Part shown: positions 6,069 through 6,799 of the stretch, in pieces | Layout of the letters: every line of letters begins with the position of its first letter | How positions within the stretch are numbered: position 1 is the first letter of the stretch | Assembly: GCA_965369655.1 (NCBI GenBank) | Contig: CBDUQR010000080.1 | Span: forward strand, 1-6,799 | DNA: 6,799 nt | Direction of reading: 5' to 3' | Source: an uncultured bacterium | Lineage (GTDB): Bacteria > Zixibacteria > MSB-5A5 > JAABVY01 > JAHJOQ01 | Made by a program: the position numbers and the translations under genes | Notes under the pieces: model-generated | Database searches by the model: none | Seen by the model: the letters and a program-made list of their open reading frames with translations, nothing else | Told to the model about the DNA's origin: nothing

Positions 6069-6799
6069 TCATTCACTCGTCATTATAAACAGCGGCAACA
6101 TCTCGAAGCTCTTATAGTGCGGTCTGAGCCGTTCCGTGTTGTAGTGTTTCTCTACGTTGACGATTTTTTTTTCGCTCGTGACAACATCTATCGGAACGTT
6201 ATCATAGCGCCCGTTCTTGAGCACCACAAGTCTGCCATGTATGCCTTTTAGAATAAGGTCGAGTGCGAGATTACCATAAGCTATCGGCACGATCGAGTCG
6301 ATGGCGTCCGGATCACCTCCGCGTACAAGATAGCCGAGCTTTTGGTTGATGGCATTCACCGGTCTTCCGTTGTTGTATTTTGGTGAGAATTCAGTCAGTT
6401 TCTCGGAGACCAGGTTGCCGATCCCACCCAACTTCTTGTGACCGTATGCATCTTTGGCATGGTCGGCATAGATCATATCTTCGCCCTCGAAGATGGCACC
6501 TTCGGATACCAGCACAACAGCGTATCTGCTCGGGTTCTGCCGTCGATCCATGGTCAGCAATTCGGTAAGTCTCTCGACATCGAACTTGTGCTCCGGTATC
6601 ACACATCGGTTGGCGGCGCCAGCCATTGTCGGAAGCATTGCGGTGAACCCGGCATACCGTCCGAATACTTCAAGTACGAGGAATCTTTCGTGCGAACCGG
6701 CAGATGTCCTCAGGCTGTTGGTCATCTGGATGGTCCTCGTGACGCAGGTACTGAACCCGATGCAATAGTCGGTTCCGGAGACGTCGTTGTCCATAGTTT
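6069..6799 (-). CDS. pfkA: 6-phosphofructokinase (PfkA family), C-terminal part; 5' end lies outside the window
   Basis: The frame is open to the window edge. Motifs are (x)TMDNDVSGTDYCIGFST, SHERFLVLEVFGRYAGF, VIPE, VVLVSEGA, DAYGHKKLGGIG and LGYLVRGGDP. The Met at 6794 is the internal residue of the T[IM]DND motif, not the start. Confidence 0.93.
   Translation of the reverse strand, partial: TMDNDVSGTDYCIGFSTCVTRTIQMTNSLRTSAGSHERFLVLEVFGRYAGFTAMLPTMAGAANRCVIPEHKFDVERLTELLTMDRRQNPSRYAVVLVSEGAIFEGEDMIYADHAKDAYGHKKLGGIGNLVSEKLTEFSPKYNNGRPVNAINQKLGYLVRGGDPDAIDSIVPIAYGNLALDLILKGIHGRLVVLKNGRYDNVPIDVVTSEKKIVNVEKHYNTERLRPHYKSFEMLPLFIMTSE

Noticed and set aside
207..6768. Many antisense or alternate-frame ORFs (e.g. 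442-972, 1495-2013, 4752-5309, 5669-5995, 5940-6251)
   Set aside because: They are shadows of well-supported genes and have no motifs of their own.

Overview
Mostly housekeeping, probably bacterial DNA (sigma70-like promoters, Shine-Dalgarno sites). From left to right it holds five things. (1) The first 33 codons of a BstYI/BglII-family restriction endonuclease, missed by the ORF track and possibly interrupted, with its beta-class amino-methyltransferase (minus strand). (2) A full-length gatE, normally regarded as an archaeal gene, with no adjacent gatD (minus strand). (3) A divergent intergenic region with a nested set of small elements: a palindromic target, a 199-bp MITE with 16-bp TIRs and a 4-bp TSD, an inverted CGTC-type REP doublet inside the MITE, and a 24-nt second repeat inside one REP loop. 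(4) A lemA + DUF2207 operon (plus strand). (5) The 3' part of a 6-phosphofructokinase (minus strand). I see no clearly new multi-gene system. The best leads are the nested repeat element, the bacterial-context gatE and the apparently broken endonuclease. Family assignments come from recalled motifs, not database searches.
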